Source: a virus. Taken from it: a DNA stretch of 64,000 bases. Of this stretch, positions 29,276-39,418 are shown in pieces. The translations under genes and the position numbers were made by a program. Below the pieces are notes generated by a model, which searched no databases, was not told where the DNA came from, and saw nothing but the letters and a program-made list of their open reading frames with translations. Numbering within the stretch: the stretch's first letter is position 1; the number at the start of each line of letters is the position of its first letter. Location of the stretch: the IMG/VR virus record IMGVR_UViG_3300045988_117149; one strand, given 5' to 3'.

Positions 29276-32200
29276 TTAATCTACATCTTTAAGATTTCTG
29301 AGTTCTGAGATTTCAGCCTTCAAAGCCTTAATCTCATCGTAAAGAAGTTTGATACCTTCGATTGCCAGAGTAGACATCTTATGGTACTTAACTTGTTTTA
29401 CCAATACGTATTCTTCACCGTCGATAACAACTGTTTCGAATTCCTCAGGATTAGGAACTGAATCCTTAGTTCTTGGGTCTTCTTCTACGTAGTTATTAAA
29501 CCCAGCTGCTTCCAAACCTTGTGCAATGGTACCTTCATCTTCCTTACCATCCATGATAAAGGATTCTGTAGGTATACTGCAAATTTGTTCCAGAGTATGG
29601 GTTAACGGTTTGATGTTAGATTTCAATCTTTCATCGGAAGACTCTTTCCAGAAACCAGAAGGAGCAGTAGTCTTAGCAAATACTACCTGGTCGGTAGTTG
29701 CCAATCCCAACTGGGTTCTAGTTACTGAATGAGGATTATCCTTTCTACCTGCATGGTTACTGATAGAAGTCTGAGCAGCAGTACCAGCAGCCTTAGCATC
29801 GGCAATGGCAGAAGCTTGAGCGGTAGATACTGGTTTGTTAGCATCCGAGGTATTATCGGCATTACCTAAACCTACCTGAGCCTTGGTTACTCCATGAGGA
29901 TTGCTCTTATTGGCAATATGCTGATTTACCTTGGTTTCCAATGCCGTTAAATCGGTATCAGTATTACCTACTGCTTCATCGATGTAAGTTTTCAATTCTG
30001 TTCTAAGAGAATTGATAGCATTGGTTCTGTTAGTAATTTCATTTGCCAACCCAGTAACTGTGTTATCCAGGTTCTTCTTGTCGGCTGCAGTCATTACACC
30101 GGCTACGGTTTGTGTAGCTGCAGGAATATCGAAAGTATGTTGAGTTTCGTTTACCTGGAAACTACCATCCTCTTTCCTTTCTGTCCACCAATAACCTATG
30201 GTTAATTTAGTAGCAGAAGTAATCAGATTAATTAAATTACCTGAGTTCTCCAAATCTCTACCAAGGATATGGTCAGGGAAACTGTTAATCTTAGCCGTAA
30301 TTGCATTATCGGCATTAGTACGATTGGTAGTTTCGGTAGCTATCTGATTAGGTAGGGTAGTGTCAAGCTTAACCTTATCAGCAGCAGTCATTACACCAGC
30401 CTGAGAAGCTGTAGCAGCAGTAATCTGAGAATAATGATCTTGAATATTACCATTACCAAACCAACATTTGAAATTCAGTCGTACTGTACTTGCTTGGTAA
30501 GTGTTATTATTAAAATGAGATGCACCATTAGCTTTCAGAGAAGCTACCTGGTCTTCCAATTCTTTACCTCTACCACCATCGAAAGCAGTACCTGTAATTT
30601 GTCCAAGGATAAGTACCTGAGCATCTGCCCTTGCAAAGATAGTACCTGTCCAACGGAATTGGTAAGGAGGTTCACCATTGGTAATATTGATATAAATCTT
30701 ACCTGCCTCTCCAGTGATAGCATTCTGATGAGCAGCATCCGAATACAATTTGATATTCGTAAGTTCTCCCGTAGCAGATTTATCATAAGTAGCATATACA
30801 TCAATGATGTCATCTACGTATGATGGCAATTGGTTAGCCGGTACCGTACCATTAGCATCAAGAGAAGCAAAGCCATTAGCTTTACCTTTCGTAGCAACAA
30901 AGGCATCATGCTTAGCTTCTAGAGCATCAATATTTGCCTGCAATTTATTATCAAGTGCGGTATCTGCTGCGGTTCTATCGGATATCTCTTTGTCGATTCT
31001 TGCACCCAATGCAGTATCAGCATCCGTACGGGCTTTTGCTTCATCGGCTACTGCTTTAGTGAACTTAGTATCAAGGGCTGTATCGGCATCTTTACGGTCT
31101 TGGATTTCCTTGTTTAGAGCAGCTGTAGAGGAATTAGTCAAAGCCTCGATTGCATCTTTACGGTCTTGAACCTCTTGAGCAATAGCATCTGGTAATGTCT
31201 CATCAAGATTTACCTTATCTGCTGCAGTCATTACACCCGCAAGAGTTTCAGTAGCAGCGGGTATATAAGTAGTCTTAAAATCTCCAGCTTCACTGGTATA
31301 AATACCACTCTCTTTTTTAGAAGAGAACTTATGAGTTAAAGTAACATGGCTACTCTGTTGAACTACCTCAACTGGTTTATCACCAGATAGGATGATGACC
31401 TTATCTGGTATAGAATCGAACAACTTCTTATCAGCTGCTGATTGTACACCAGCCTTTTCGGGAGTAGATGAAGGCAGAGTAATGGGATTCTGAACTGTAG
31501 TACCATCTTCAACATTAGTCTTAGTAGCAGCAATTCCTACAGTAGTTTCATTAGGAGTAACTGCACCCAAAGCAAAGTTAGCGGTATTGATTCTGTCCAA
31601 TTCTACTTTATCTTTCGCAGTCATAGTACCAGCCTTATCTGCTGATACTACCGGTAAATCGAAAGTATCCGTAGTGTCATCATTCAAGCCATTATCCTTA
31701 GTTACTGTAACTGTAACCTTATCAGCATCAGAAGCTGCTGAGATTTCGGTAATAGCATTGGGGTCTAAGCCATCAAGTTTAACCTTGTCTGCAGCAGACA
31801 TAACTCCGGCAAGAGTTTGAGTAACTGGCAAAAGGTTCTTAGTTGCCTCTACCTCATCACCATACTGATTATTCTCTTGGTCTTTAGTAGAAGTTTTTAC
31901 CTTGAATGTAAGTTGAGTAGCGTTACGAGTTACAGCACTTACATCTGTAACCATGGTACCAGGCAAAGCATCAGAAGTACCTTCCTCAGCTACCAATCTT
32001 TCCTCATGGTCATTGGTAATTGCAGTGAATTTATTATCCAATGCAGTATCGGCATCGGTTCTGTCTTGGATTTCTTTATCGATACGAGCATTGATTTTCT
32101 TATCTTCTGCAATACGAGCAGCTTCCTCTGCATCGATATTATCCTGGAGAACTTTATCGGCAGCAATTCTTTCTTCTCTTTCTGTATTGAGGTCAGAAGT

Positions 32201-35200
32201 ATTCTGGTCGATTTTTGCCTCCAATCGGATATCTTCGGATTTACGAGTAGCAATTTCACTTTCCAACAAATCCTTGATGGCAGTGTAATTACCATTAACG
32301 TTATCTTGAATACCCTGGATTAGTTCCAAGTTACGTTGGATATTTGCCGAATTCTGATTTACCAAAGCATTGGTAGCATTCAGAGAAGTTAACAACTCTG
32401 TACGAGTTTCACTAACGAAAGTTCTCAAATCATTTACCGTTGTGGTAAGAGTAGTACTCAGGTTAGTGAAAGATTGTTGCAGGTTATCGTCTCCTTGTTC
32501 ACGCAAGTTCTTTTCAGCAGTAAGCTTATTTTCTAATTCAGTAAGCTTAGCAGTCATAGTTGCAGCGAAATTTGGGTCATCCCCTAATGCCTTAGCAATC
32601 TCTGCTAGAGTATCAAGTACTTCAGGTGCAGAACCAATAATCTTTTGGATAGCTGCCTCTACTTGTTCTGCATTCTGGAAATCAGAATCATTGAGTAATT
32701 CTGATACCTTCGTAATGTAGTTAGCATGTTCTTCGATGCCATCAAGTTTAGCATACAGAAGGTCGGTAAAATCATTTGCAGAAAGACCCTTGCCATCTAC
32801 TTTGTCTACCTTCTTATTATCCATTGCCTGGTCTGCAGCAGTACGGTCTGCCTTTTCCTGAGCAATAGCATTATTAATAAGGGTATCTTGATTAGCACGT
32901 TCTGTGGCCTCCTTATCGATATTGGTTTGCAACAGAGTATCACCTGCCAAACGTTCGTTCTTCTCAGTAAGGATATCCTGGTTGATAGCAGCCATGTCAT
33001 CCTTGTGATTCTGAAGATTGGTATCAATCTTTGCCTCAAGAGAAGTTTCCTTGGCAATTGCCCGGTCTTTCTCTGTATTGATTGCAGTGGTATTATTCTT
33101 AACCTGCTCTTTGAGGTCATTCATAGCAGTCGTATTGCCTGCCTCTAGAGTATCAATACGAGCTCCCAATGCAGTATCAGCCGCAGCTCTGTCCGTTTTT
33201 TCTTGGTCAATCTTGGTATTCAATTTACCTACCTCTGATTCCAAAGCTTGTTTGGTATTATCCAACTTAGCAGTGAATTCTGTAGACAAGGCTTTATCTG
33301 CAGCAGTACGGTCTGCTACTTCTTTATCGAGATTTACCTGAAGAACTTGGTCTGCAGCTGTTCTCTCAACACGTTCAGTGTTAAGGTCGATATTTACATT
33401 ATCAATACGAGAACTCAAACCACTGTCAGCATTAGTACGGTCAACGATTTCCTCGTTAATCATATCCTTAACCTCCTTGTAGTTATCACCTACTGTCTTG
33501 GTTAAGTTAGTGATGGCTTCTGAGTTTCTTTCGATATCGTGCTGATTAGTAGCGATAGCAGTAGTATTCGCATTAACCTGTTCCGTAAGTTCATTACGAA
33601 GAGTGTTAATAGAATCCTGAATGCTCAAAGCCAATTCTGAAACACGTTTGTTTACGTTATTCAAACTTACAGTGTAAGCCTCATCAGCAGTCTTTCTGTC
33701 GGCAATTTCCTTATCCAAGCTTGCCTGGATTGCGGCATCTGCATCTTTACGGTCTTGGATTTCTTTGTTCAAGTTATCCTTAACTACATTAAGAGCAGTA
33801 TCACCAGCAGTGGATTTATTGTCGATATATTCTTTCAGTTTAGTTTCAAGAGCAGTATCTGCAGCAATTCGGTCTGCCTTTTCTGTAGCTACCTCTGCAC
33901 TGTTTGCAGCATCACCAGCAATACGGTCTTCCTTCTCTTGGTTAATCTCCTCGGTTAAGGCAGCTAACTTCTTGGTGATAGTTGTTGCAAAGTTGGGGTC
34001 ATTACCAAGAGCATCGGCAATTTCCTTCAAGGTATCAAGTACCTCGGGAGCAGAACCTACAATTTTCTGAATAGCAGCATTAACTTGCTCTTCATTTTGG
34101 AAGTCCATATCATTAATCAACTCAGAGAGCTTGGTAATGTAATTGGCTTTCTCTTCAATACCGTCAAGCTTAGCTTTGAGAATATCCGTAAAGTCATTCT
34201 TAGTCAATGAATAACCTTCACGTTTATCTACCTTCTTATTATCAAGAGCAGTATCTGCATCTTTACGAGCCTGAGTTTCAGTAGCAATAGCTTCTAACAG
34301 TTGAGTCTTATCTGCTTGACCTTGGAGTTTTACATCCTCAATCTTATGATCCAAAACCAAATCCTGAGCAGCACGAGCAGTAGCTTCGGAATCAATATTA
34401 TTCTGAAGTACCTGGTCTGCAGAGGTACGAGCTTGAGCCTCTTGGTCAATTTTACCTTGCAAAGCATTATCTGCATTAGTACGGTCAGCTACCTCTTTAG
34501 AAATTTCATTATGAAGAACTTGGTCCTCAGAATGACGGTCTACTGCTTCCTGGTCAATCTTACTCTGCAATGCTTGAGTATCTGATTGGCGATTAGTGAT
34601 TTCCTCATTAATCTTAGAATCCAGAATAGTATCTGCATTCGTACGATTAGATACCTCTTCAGCAATCTTGGCTTCAAGAGCAGCCTTGTCATTGATGTGA
34701 AGAGTTTTGAGTTCATTTACACTTTCCTTGATTTCGTTATCGGCAGCGATACGTTCGTCCTTTTCTTGTTGGATGAGGCTCTTAAGTTCATCCTTAATCT
34801 CATCGCTCTTATCGTTTACCTTATCATTGAGATCCTTAATGTCTTCGGCATTTTTATCTGCCTTAGCTTCTACCCGAGCAATATCAGCTTTCAAGTCTGC
34901 CTTAACAGTATCAATTTTGTTGATTAACTGTTCAGCAGCATATTTCAAGTTATCATCTACCGCAGCAATAGCAGCACCCAATGCAGCTTCTGCTTCCTTA
35001 GCACGACTTACTTCCTCGCTAAGAGAAGTACGAAGCTCGGTAAGTTTATTTGTGATAGTTGTTGCAAAGTTGGGGTCATTGCCCAAGGCTTCTGCCAACT
35101 CCTTAAGAGTATCAAGAGCATCATCAGCACCATCAACCAGGTCACTGATTGCCTTCTTAACATCCTCTTCAGTTTGGAACTTGAGATCATTTTCAAGCTC

Positions 35201-35446
35201 TGAAACTTTAGTGATGTAGTTTGCTTTCTCCTCGATTCCATCCAACTTAGCCTTAAGCTCGTCGGTAAAATCGTTTTTAGATAAGCCATAACCTTCTTTC
35301 TTATCTACCTTATCCTTGATAGAAAGTACGAAGGCCCAGAACTCATTAATAGTTCCGGCAAAGCCAGCACGAACAAAGTCATCATAGTAACCTTGTAACA
35401 ACCGCTGGTCAATTTCTTCGCAGGTATAATACTTACTTACATACAT
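29276..35446 (-). CDS. giant tail fibre (2056 aa) with triplicated module, coiled coils, GVM(S/T)AADK repeats and a C-terminal S74 intramolecular chaperone
   Basis: LDTLKE(L/I)A(E/D/K)ALG(N/D)DPNFA occurs three times. At least five (T/Q)xAGVM(S/T)AADK(V/K)xLD repeats. SDERLKSNIKPL lies near the C-terminus. Confidence 0.85.
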   Translation of the reverse strand: MYVSKYYTCEEIDQRLLQGYYDDFVRAGFAGTINEFWAFVLSIKDKVDKKEGYGLSKNDFTDELKAKLDGIEEKANYITKVSELENDLKFQTEEDVKKAISDLVDGADDALDTLKELAEALGNDPNFATTITNKLTELRTSLSEEVSRAKEAEAALGAAIAAVDDNLKYAAEQLINKIDTVKADLKADIARVEAKADKNAEDIKDLNDKVNDKSDEIKDELKSLIQQEKDERIAADNEIKESVNELKTLHINDKAALEAKIAEEVSNRTNADTILDSKINEEITNRQSDTQALQSKIDQEAVDRHSEDQVLHNEISKEVADRTNADNALQGKIDQEAQARTSADQVLQNNIDSEATARAAQDLVLDHKIEDVKLQGQADKTQLLEAIATETQARKDADTALDNKKVDKREGYSLTKNDFTDILKAKLDGIEEKANYITKLSELINDMDFQNEEQVNAAIQKIVGSAPEVLDTLKEIADALGNDPNFATTITKKLAALTEEINQEKEDRIAGDAANSAEVATEKADRIAADTALETKLKEYIDNKSTAGDTALNVVKDNLNKEIQDRKDADAAIQASLDKEIADRKTADEAYTVSLNNVNKRVSELALSIQDSINTLRNELTEQVNANTTAIATNQHDIERNSEAITNLTKTVGDNYKEVKDMINEEIVDRTNADSGLSSRIDNVNIDLNTERVERTAADQVLQVNLDKEVADRTAADKALSTEFTAKLDNTKQALESEVGKLNTKIDQEKTDRAAADTALGARIDTLEAGNTTAMNDLKEQVKNNTTAINTEKDRAIAKETSLEAKIDTNLQNHKDDMAAINQDILTEKNERLAGDTLLQTNIDKEATERANQDTLINNAIAQEKADRTAADQAMDNKKVDKVDGKGLSANDFTDLLYAKLDGIEEHANYITKVSELLNDSDFQNAEQVEAAIQKIIGSAPEVLDTLAEIAKALGDDPNFAATMTAKLTELENKLTAEKNLREQGDDNLQQSFTNLSTTLTTTVNDLRTFVSETRTELLTSLNATNALVNQNSANIQRNLELIQGIQDNVNGNYTAIKDLLESEIATRKSEDIRLEAKIDQNTSDLNTEREERIAADKVLQDNIDAEEAARIAEDKKINARIDKEIQDRTDADTALDNKFTAITNDHEERLVAEEGTSDALPGTMVTDVSAVTRNATQLTFKVKTSTKDQENNQYGDEVEATKNLLPVTQTLAGVMSAADKVKLDGLDPNAITEISAASDADKVTVTVTKDNGLNDDTTDTFDLPVVSADKAGTMTAKDKVELDRINTANFALGAVTPNETTVGIAATKTNVEDGTTVQNPITLPSSTPEKAGVQSAADKKLFDSIPDKVIILSGDKPVEVVQQSSHVTLTHKFSSKKESGIYTSEAGDFKTTYIPAATETLAGVMTAADKVNLDETLPDAIAQEVQDRKDAIEALTNSSTAALNKEIQDRKDADTALDTKFTKAVADEAKARTDADTALGARIDKEISDRTAADTALDNKLQANIDALEAKHDAFVATKGKANGFASLDANGTVPANQLPSYVDDIIDVYATYDKSATGELTNIKLYSDAAHQNAITGEAGKIYINITNGEPPYQFRWTGTIFARADAQVLILGQITGTAFDGGRGKELEDQVASLKANGASHFNNNTYQASTVRLNFKCWFGNGNIQDHYSQITAATASQAGVMTAADKVKLDTTLPNQIATETTNRTNADNAITAKINSFPDHILGRDLENSGNLINLITSATKLTIGYWWTERKEDGSFQVNETQHTFDIPAATQTVAGVMTAADKKNLDNTVTGLANEITNRTNAINSLRTELKTYIDEAVGNTDTDLTALETKVNQHIANKSNPHGVTKAQVGLGNADNTSDANKPVSTAQASAIADAKAAGTAAQTSISNHAGRKDNPHSVTRTQLGLATTDQVVFAKTTAPSGFWKESSDERLKSNIKPLTHTLEQICSIPTESFIMDGKEDEGTIAQGLEAAGFNNYVEEDPRTKDSVPNPEEFETVVIDGEEYVLVKQVKYHKMSTLAIEGIKLLYDEIKALKAEISELRNLKDVD
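32530..32810 (-). repeat. fibre module copy 3 (VDKVDGKGLSANDFT...DPNFAATMTAKL)
   Basis: More diverged at the DNA level; collinear at the protein level. Confidence 0.7.
33955..34232 (-). repeat. fibre module copy 2 (VDKREGYSLTKNDFT...DPNFATTITKKL)
   Basis: The 29-nt core gtgatagttgttgcaaagttggggtcatt at 33975-34003 is identical to 35052-35080. Confidence 0.8.
35035..35310 (-). repeat. fibre module copy 1 (about 92 aa: VDKKEGYGLSKNDFT...DPNFATTITNKL)
   Basis: Shares a 29-nt identical core (35052-35080) with copy 2. Confidence 0.8.
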
Positions 35447-35458
35447 ATTTTTAAAAAT

Positions 35459-35884
35459 TTAAGGATTAATTACTGCACGTTGACGACCCAGTAAGAATTC
35501 AGAGTCGATATCTCTGAAAGGTTCTTCTTCTGAACCACAGAAAGCATTTTGTGGTACATCTGGATTTTCTAGGTCTACATCTCCACCGTCCTCAATATCT
35601 CCCCGTATGCAAGCATAATCAGGAAGCCTATTTACCCGGAACTTAATTACCTGGCCAATACCAGGATGAGGTATTATCTTATCCCAAATATCCCCGAAGT
35701 AATCTTGAAAGCAGGTGACAAATTTGTTTCCGGTCATCGATTGAAATGCCGTTACATCATTGCCATTACCTTTCATTTCAATATGAACTCCAGAGGTACC
35801 GTTAAGGATAACCAAGTTACTATCAAACCAAATTCCATTGTTGGTAGTAATTGGTGTCCACCTCAGTACTAACATCTTTGCCAT
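35459..35884 (-). CDS. hypothetical structural-module protein
   Basis: 141-aa ORF directly upstream of the giant fibre gene. Confidence 0.5.
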   Translation of the reverse strand: MAKMLVLRWTPITTNNGIWFDSNLVILNGTSGVHIEMKGNGNDVTAFQSMTGNKFVTCFQDYFGDIWDKIIPHPGIGQVIKFRVNRLPDYACIRGDIEDGGDVDLENPDVPQNAFCGSEEEPFRDIDSEFLLGRQRAVINP

Positions 35885-35895
35885 ATACTTTATTT

Positions 35896-36372
35896 TTATT
35901 CTACAAATTCTACTTTTGTATCTCGGTCTCTCTTTAGGATAACCATGAAAACCAAAGCCTCATCCTTAGCTTGAGCCGTTTGAGTATCACCTGATGGCTT
36001 ATAAACTATACCGTTGATTACAAACCTATCTTGTTCCCAATTAAAATCCCAATAACCTTCCGGTGTAAGATAACCGATTTGTTCTATATAAGATTTAGAA
36101 ATTAGTATTGATAAGTTTTCGTCATCCAATTCCCCAGTGATAGTTGCCTTGTTGATAGGCCAGTTTCTGAAAGCATTGTAGTAACATAATGCTTCGATTT
36201 GGATGTTATAATATTTAGGTATACTATCCTCAGCATGGCTGAGAAGTTGGTTAACGTTTTTTGCCCAAGTGATTGTTTGTCTACCGGCATCCCAATCTAA
36301 GAAGTCAGTGATAATTTTCTTGTACCTATCCCAAGAGCGGTTCTTTACCATTCTCCAGGGTTCTTTTGTCAT
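35896..36372 (-). CDS. hypothetical structural-module protein
   Basis: 158-aa ORF with ATGA overlap with the upstream gene. Confidence 0.5.
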   Translation of the reverse strand: MTKEPWRMVKNRSWDRYKKIITDFLDWDAGRQTITWAKNVNQLLSHAEDSIPKYYNIQIEALCYYNAFRNWPINKATITGELDDENLSILISKSYIEQIGYLTPEGYWDFNWEQDRFVINGIVYKPSGDTQTAQAKDEALVFMVILKRDRDTKVEFVE

Positions 36373-37265
36373 AACTCAGTAAGGATTGATTTATTACCAC
36401 CTTTCACAGGAGTACTTGGATTAGGTCCATCCAATACACCCGGTTGCCTTCGGTTAACTACTCGAGGAACTACGGTTCGTGATACAGAATCACAGAACGG
36501 CAGGTATATTTCTAATCTTGAAGCTAACATACAAAGGTTCTTTCTTAATTCATCTATTAAGCCACCTGGTTGCATTGCTTGAGAAAGTGTTTTCCATAAT
36601 GAGCTTGCAGCTTCTGCCAGAGTGTCATAATATTGAACTTCAGTGGGCCCAGTAGTGATTTGTTTAATCCTATCACCTCGGGCAAGTTCAGGTTTAGAAG
36701 TACCATCACCAGTTTGCTCTTTGGTAGATGTAATTTGACTTAGGTATTCGGAAGTACTTGTCAATAGATTAAGTATCTTCACATTAAGAAAGTCCCATGC
36801 TGCCAATTCCATTATTAATTGGTTTTCTAGTGCTTCATACCATAATTCATCAGTATATTTATCTGGTGCTATTGCATGGTTTACTAGCGGTCCAATATAA
36901 TATTGCCATTTAGTGATGTATATAGATTTCTCTTCCCTGGTCATACCATCGGATATTTCTGAAGGTATGTAGTAATCGATTAAGTTATATATTGTATCGG
37001 CTAATGCCGTATGCCCATAATCACAAACTACCAGAGTCTTATCTACGGTAAGGTCTAAACCGGCAGAGTTAGTTACGTGTAGGGTAACTGTATAAAAACC
37101 GGGAGTTTCATAAGAATAGGAAACATGTCTTCCACCATTGAAAACCTCTCCCTTATCATCGCCAAAGTCCCAGTCAAAAATAGATTTGGCCGGGACTTTG
37201 GATATGACTCTGAATGAAACTTCCAGACCTGACGTAACGTACAAAAAGTCTAGATTGTCTTTCAT
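36369..37265 (-). CDS. structural protein with N-terminal PKD/Ig-like domain
   Basis: FDWDFGDDKGEVFNGGRHVSYSYETPGFYTVTLHVTNSAG matches the PKD-domain pattern. Confidence 0.6.
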   Translation of the reverse strand: MKDNLDFLYVTSGLEVSFRVISKVPAKSIFDWDFGDDKGEVFNGGRHVSYSYETPGFYTVTLHVTNSAGLDLTVDKTLVVCDYGHTALADTIYNLIDYYIPSEISDGMTREEKSIYITKWQYYIGPLVNHAIAPDKYTDELWYEALENQLIMELAAWDFLNVKILNLLTSTSEYLSQITSTKEQTGDGTSKPELARGDRIKQITTGPTEVQYYDTLAEAASSLWKTLSQAMQPGGLIDELRKNLCMLASRLEIYLPFCDSVSRTVVPRVVNRRQPGVLDGPNPSTPVKGGNKSILTEL

Positions 37266-37294
37266 ATTAGTCTGTCTTATGTAATTTTCATAGA

Positions 37295-37696
37295 CTACCC
37301 TTTAGAAGAGGATTCAAAATCTTCCAGCAAAGCCTGCAACAGAGTCTCTACTGTATCGTTCGGTTCTGCTTCGATTTCGTGGAGTTTTGCAACCAACTTC
37401 AGTTCCTCAAGTGAGTAAGCCTTGGCAATTTTTTCCAAAGTCATACCTTTCTTGAACTGAGCAGTCAATCTCTTGTCCATCTTTTCGATGTCGGCTTCCG
37501 AATACTTTTCGATATCGGTTTTGTCGGCAACGATAATCAAATGACCTGCAGCGATAGCCTTTTGGATTTTCGGTGATCTCCATTGACGGCGGCTGAGTTC
37601 TTTGTCTTCTCCTTTACATACGGTAATCCCCGTTGATTGGTCATGAAAACTGTAAGCTCTTGGTCCCACAGTTACGGTATATTTTTCTTTAGCCAT
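37295..37696 (-). CDS. hypothetical protein, first gene after the capsid terminator
   Basis: 133-aa ORF with GC and codon style like the capsid genes. Confidence 0.55.
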   Translation of the reverse strand: MAKEKYTVTVGPRAYSFHDQSTGITVCKGEDKELSRRQWRSPKIQKAIAAGHLIIVADKTDIEKYSEADIEKMDKRLTAQFKKGMTLEKIAKAYSLEELKLVAKLHEIEAEPNDTVETLLQALLEDFESSSKG

Positions 37697-37723
37697 ATTT
37701 TCTAAGATTTAAAAAGTGATAAA

Positions 37724-37755
37724 GAGAGGATAGGCTTTTTAGTTCCTACCCTCCC
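37724..37755 (-). terminator. rho-independent terminator after the capsid gene
   Basis: The - strand reads GGGAGGGUAGG-aacuaaaaag-CCUAUCCUCUC (11 bp, two G:U pairs) followed by UUUAUCACUUUUU, 33 nt after the stop at 37788. Confidence 0.65.
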
Positions 37756-37787
37756 TTGGGAATTTATATAGATAAAACCGGACTACC

Positions 37788-38906
37788 TTATTCAAGGTTT
37801 ACCATCAAGTAAGGGTCAACGTTCATGAATTCGGGGAATCCATTTTCGCTGAATCTCTTGTCGGCAGCCAGCAACAGAGTTGCATCCTGGTACATCTTAG
37901 AGAAACCAGTAGTCAAGCTAGCGTAGATAGCCTGAGTTTGGTTAGAAACGATTCTCTCTGATTCCAGCATCAACTGACGAGCAGTCAGCTTAATCAAAGC
38001 GGCAGATGTATCAATCAACAGCAACTGTTGGTCTGGAGTACCCGGATGGATGTAGAAGTCGGCATTCTTGGGAACCGGAGACTTCACATTCAGTGTAGCT
38101 TCAGTTGTACCAGAGTGGCGGTCTTTGAATTCCGGCAAGTTCAACATTTCGATTGCTTGGTCTTCACCACCAATCATTGTCTGGAAGTTGCGTCCCATAC
38201 GAGCAGCACGTACCCAGATATGCAAAAGGTCTTTGTAAGTGATACCGTTGGTTGTTTCGTATACACCGATTACCGGGGCAGACTCAGAGCCATCAGGGTT
38301 GTTACCATTGATAGCCACGTCCATAGCCAGAGTATCCAGAGCATAACCCAACTGAACACCAAAGTCACGAAGATAGATTCCCAAGACATCGAGTGAAACG
38401 TAGTTGCGAACTTCGTCAGTAAGTTTGAAACCTTTTCCGATTTTGAAGAGGCTAACTGATTTCTGTCCGAAGCTAACATCACCCAATGGGATAGTTTCTG
38501 CCTCGTTAACCTTTGCAGGTGCAGCATCCGACATGTTAACCATCGGCATGATTGCTTGCAAACCATTGATAGGTTGGTCTGATGCAATGATGTTCGGATA
38601 GAACGGTGCCTGGCGCATACCCAGAGTGATAGCCGAGCGAATGATTTCCGGAACAATCCAACGGACATTCTGCTGAGGCATAGTGAAGATATTCTGCATG
38701 GTATCAACTTTCGGATTGATTCCCATCTTTTCAAACAATTCATCTTCGGAAATACCCCATTTACCGGTAACCAACTCTCCCAAGGTAATTTCTACAGGCT
38801 TCTTTTCCTGTGAACCGGAACGTACAGCTTCCAAGCTTCTTACCATTTCCGGCAGCTCATTCATAAAATCCTGAGCCTTCATTTTTGTAATATCAATTTG
38901 TCCCAT
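37788..38906 (-). CDS. major capsid protein
   Basis: 372 aa, last gene of the portal / scaffold-protease / decoration / capsid series. Raised GC, followed by a strong terminator. Confidence 0.65.
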   Translation of the reverse strand: MGQIDITKMKAQDFMNELPEMVRSLEAVRSGSQEKKPVEITLGELVTGKWGISEDELFEKMGINPKVDTMQNIFTMPQQNVRWIVPEIIRSAITLGMRQAPFYPNIIASDQPINGLQAIMPMVNMSDAAPAKVNEAETIPLGDVSFGQKSVSLFKIGKGFKLTDEVRNYVSLDVLGIYLRDFGVQLGYALDTLAMDVAINGNNPDGSESAPVIGVYETTNGITYKDLLHIWVRAARMGRNFQTMIGGEDQAIEMLNLPEFKDRHSGTTEATLNVKSPVPKNADFYIHPGTPDQQLLLIDTSAALIKLTARQLMLESERIVSNQTQAIYASLTTGFSKMYQDATLLLAADKRFSENGFPEFMNVDPYLMVNLE

Positions 38907-38920
38907 AATTTCTTTTTGGT

Positions 38921-39394
38921 TTAACGGATGAGTACTTGAATTACATCATTTGCCTCATCTGCGGGAGTGATGGCAATGAACTGTGATTCATCTGTAGCGG
39001 CTTCAGCGATTGTGAAACGGTCATGCAAGAGGTCTGCAGTTGGGTTAATATAACCACAATCTAGAGCTTCTTTTGCAACCCAATTCAAAATCATATAACC
39101 TTGAACTGCTACGGTTACTTCTACTGGGAAGTTACGTTGAGGTTGGTAAGCAGGATTGACATTGTCAGTTACTGCTATACCCAGATATACCTGGCTACCA
39201 GCACCACCCGGGATAAACGGTTCAATCAAACCGTCAGTACCCAAAGCAACTGCCATGCCCTGTACAATCTTTGTGTCAGCCTTTACATTGAAGGCTTGAT
39301 GCAATTTGTGTGATTCACTCTTGTAAATCACCGCTCTCGGAGTTCTTTCTCCAAAGAGAGTCATTTGCTGAGGATCGTTTACGATTTTAGTCAT
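38921..39394 (-). CDS. head decoration / DUF2190-like protein
   Basis: 157 aa directly before the capsid gene. Pattern VQGMAVALGTDGLIEP...YLGIAV...VTVAVQGYM. Confidence 0.5.
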   Translation of the reverse strand: MTKIVNDPQQMTLFGERTPRAVIYKSESHKLHQAFNVKADTKIVQGMAVALGTDGLIEPFIPGGAGSQVYLGIAVTDNVNPAYQPQRNFPVEVTVAVQGYMILNWVAKEALDCGYINPTADLLHDRFTIAEAATDESQFIAITPADEANDVIQVLIR

Positions 39395-39418
39395 AACTCT
39401 AAATATTTATATGATAAC

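Noticed and set aside
29526-35289. A dozen or more 60-170-aa ORFs in the track, on both strands, inside the giant fibre gene (e.g. 31817-32323, 34707-35219, 32806-33120)
   Set aside because: They lie entirely within one uninterrupted 2056-codon ORF with clear fibre motifs. The repetitive Ala/Asp/Thr/Lys codon composition of the coiled coil removes stops from the other frames.
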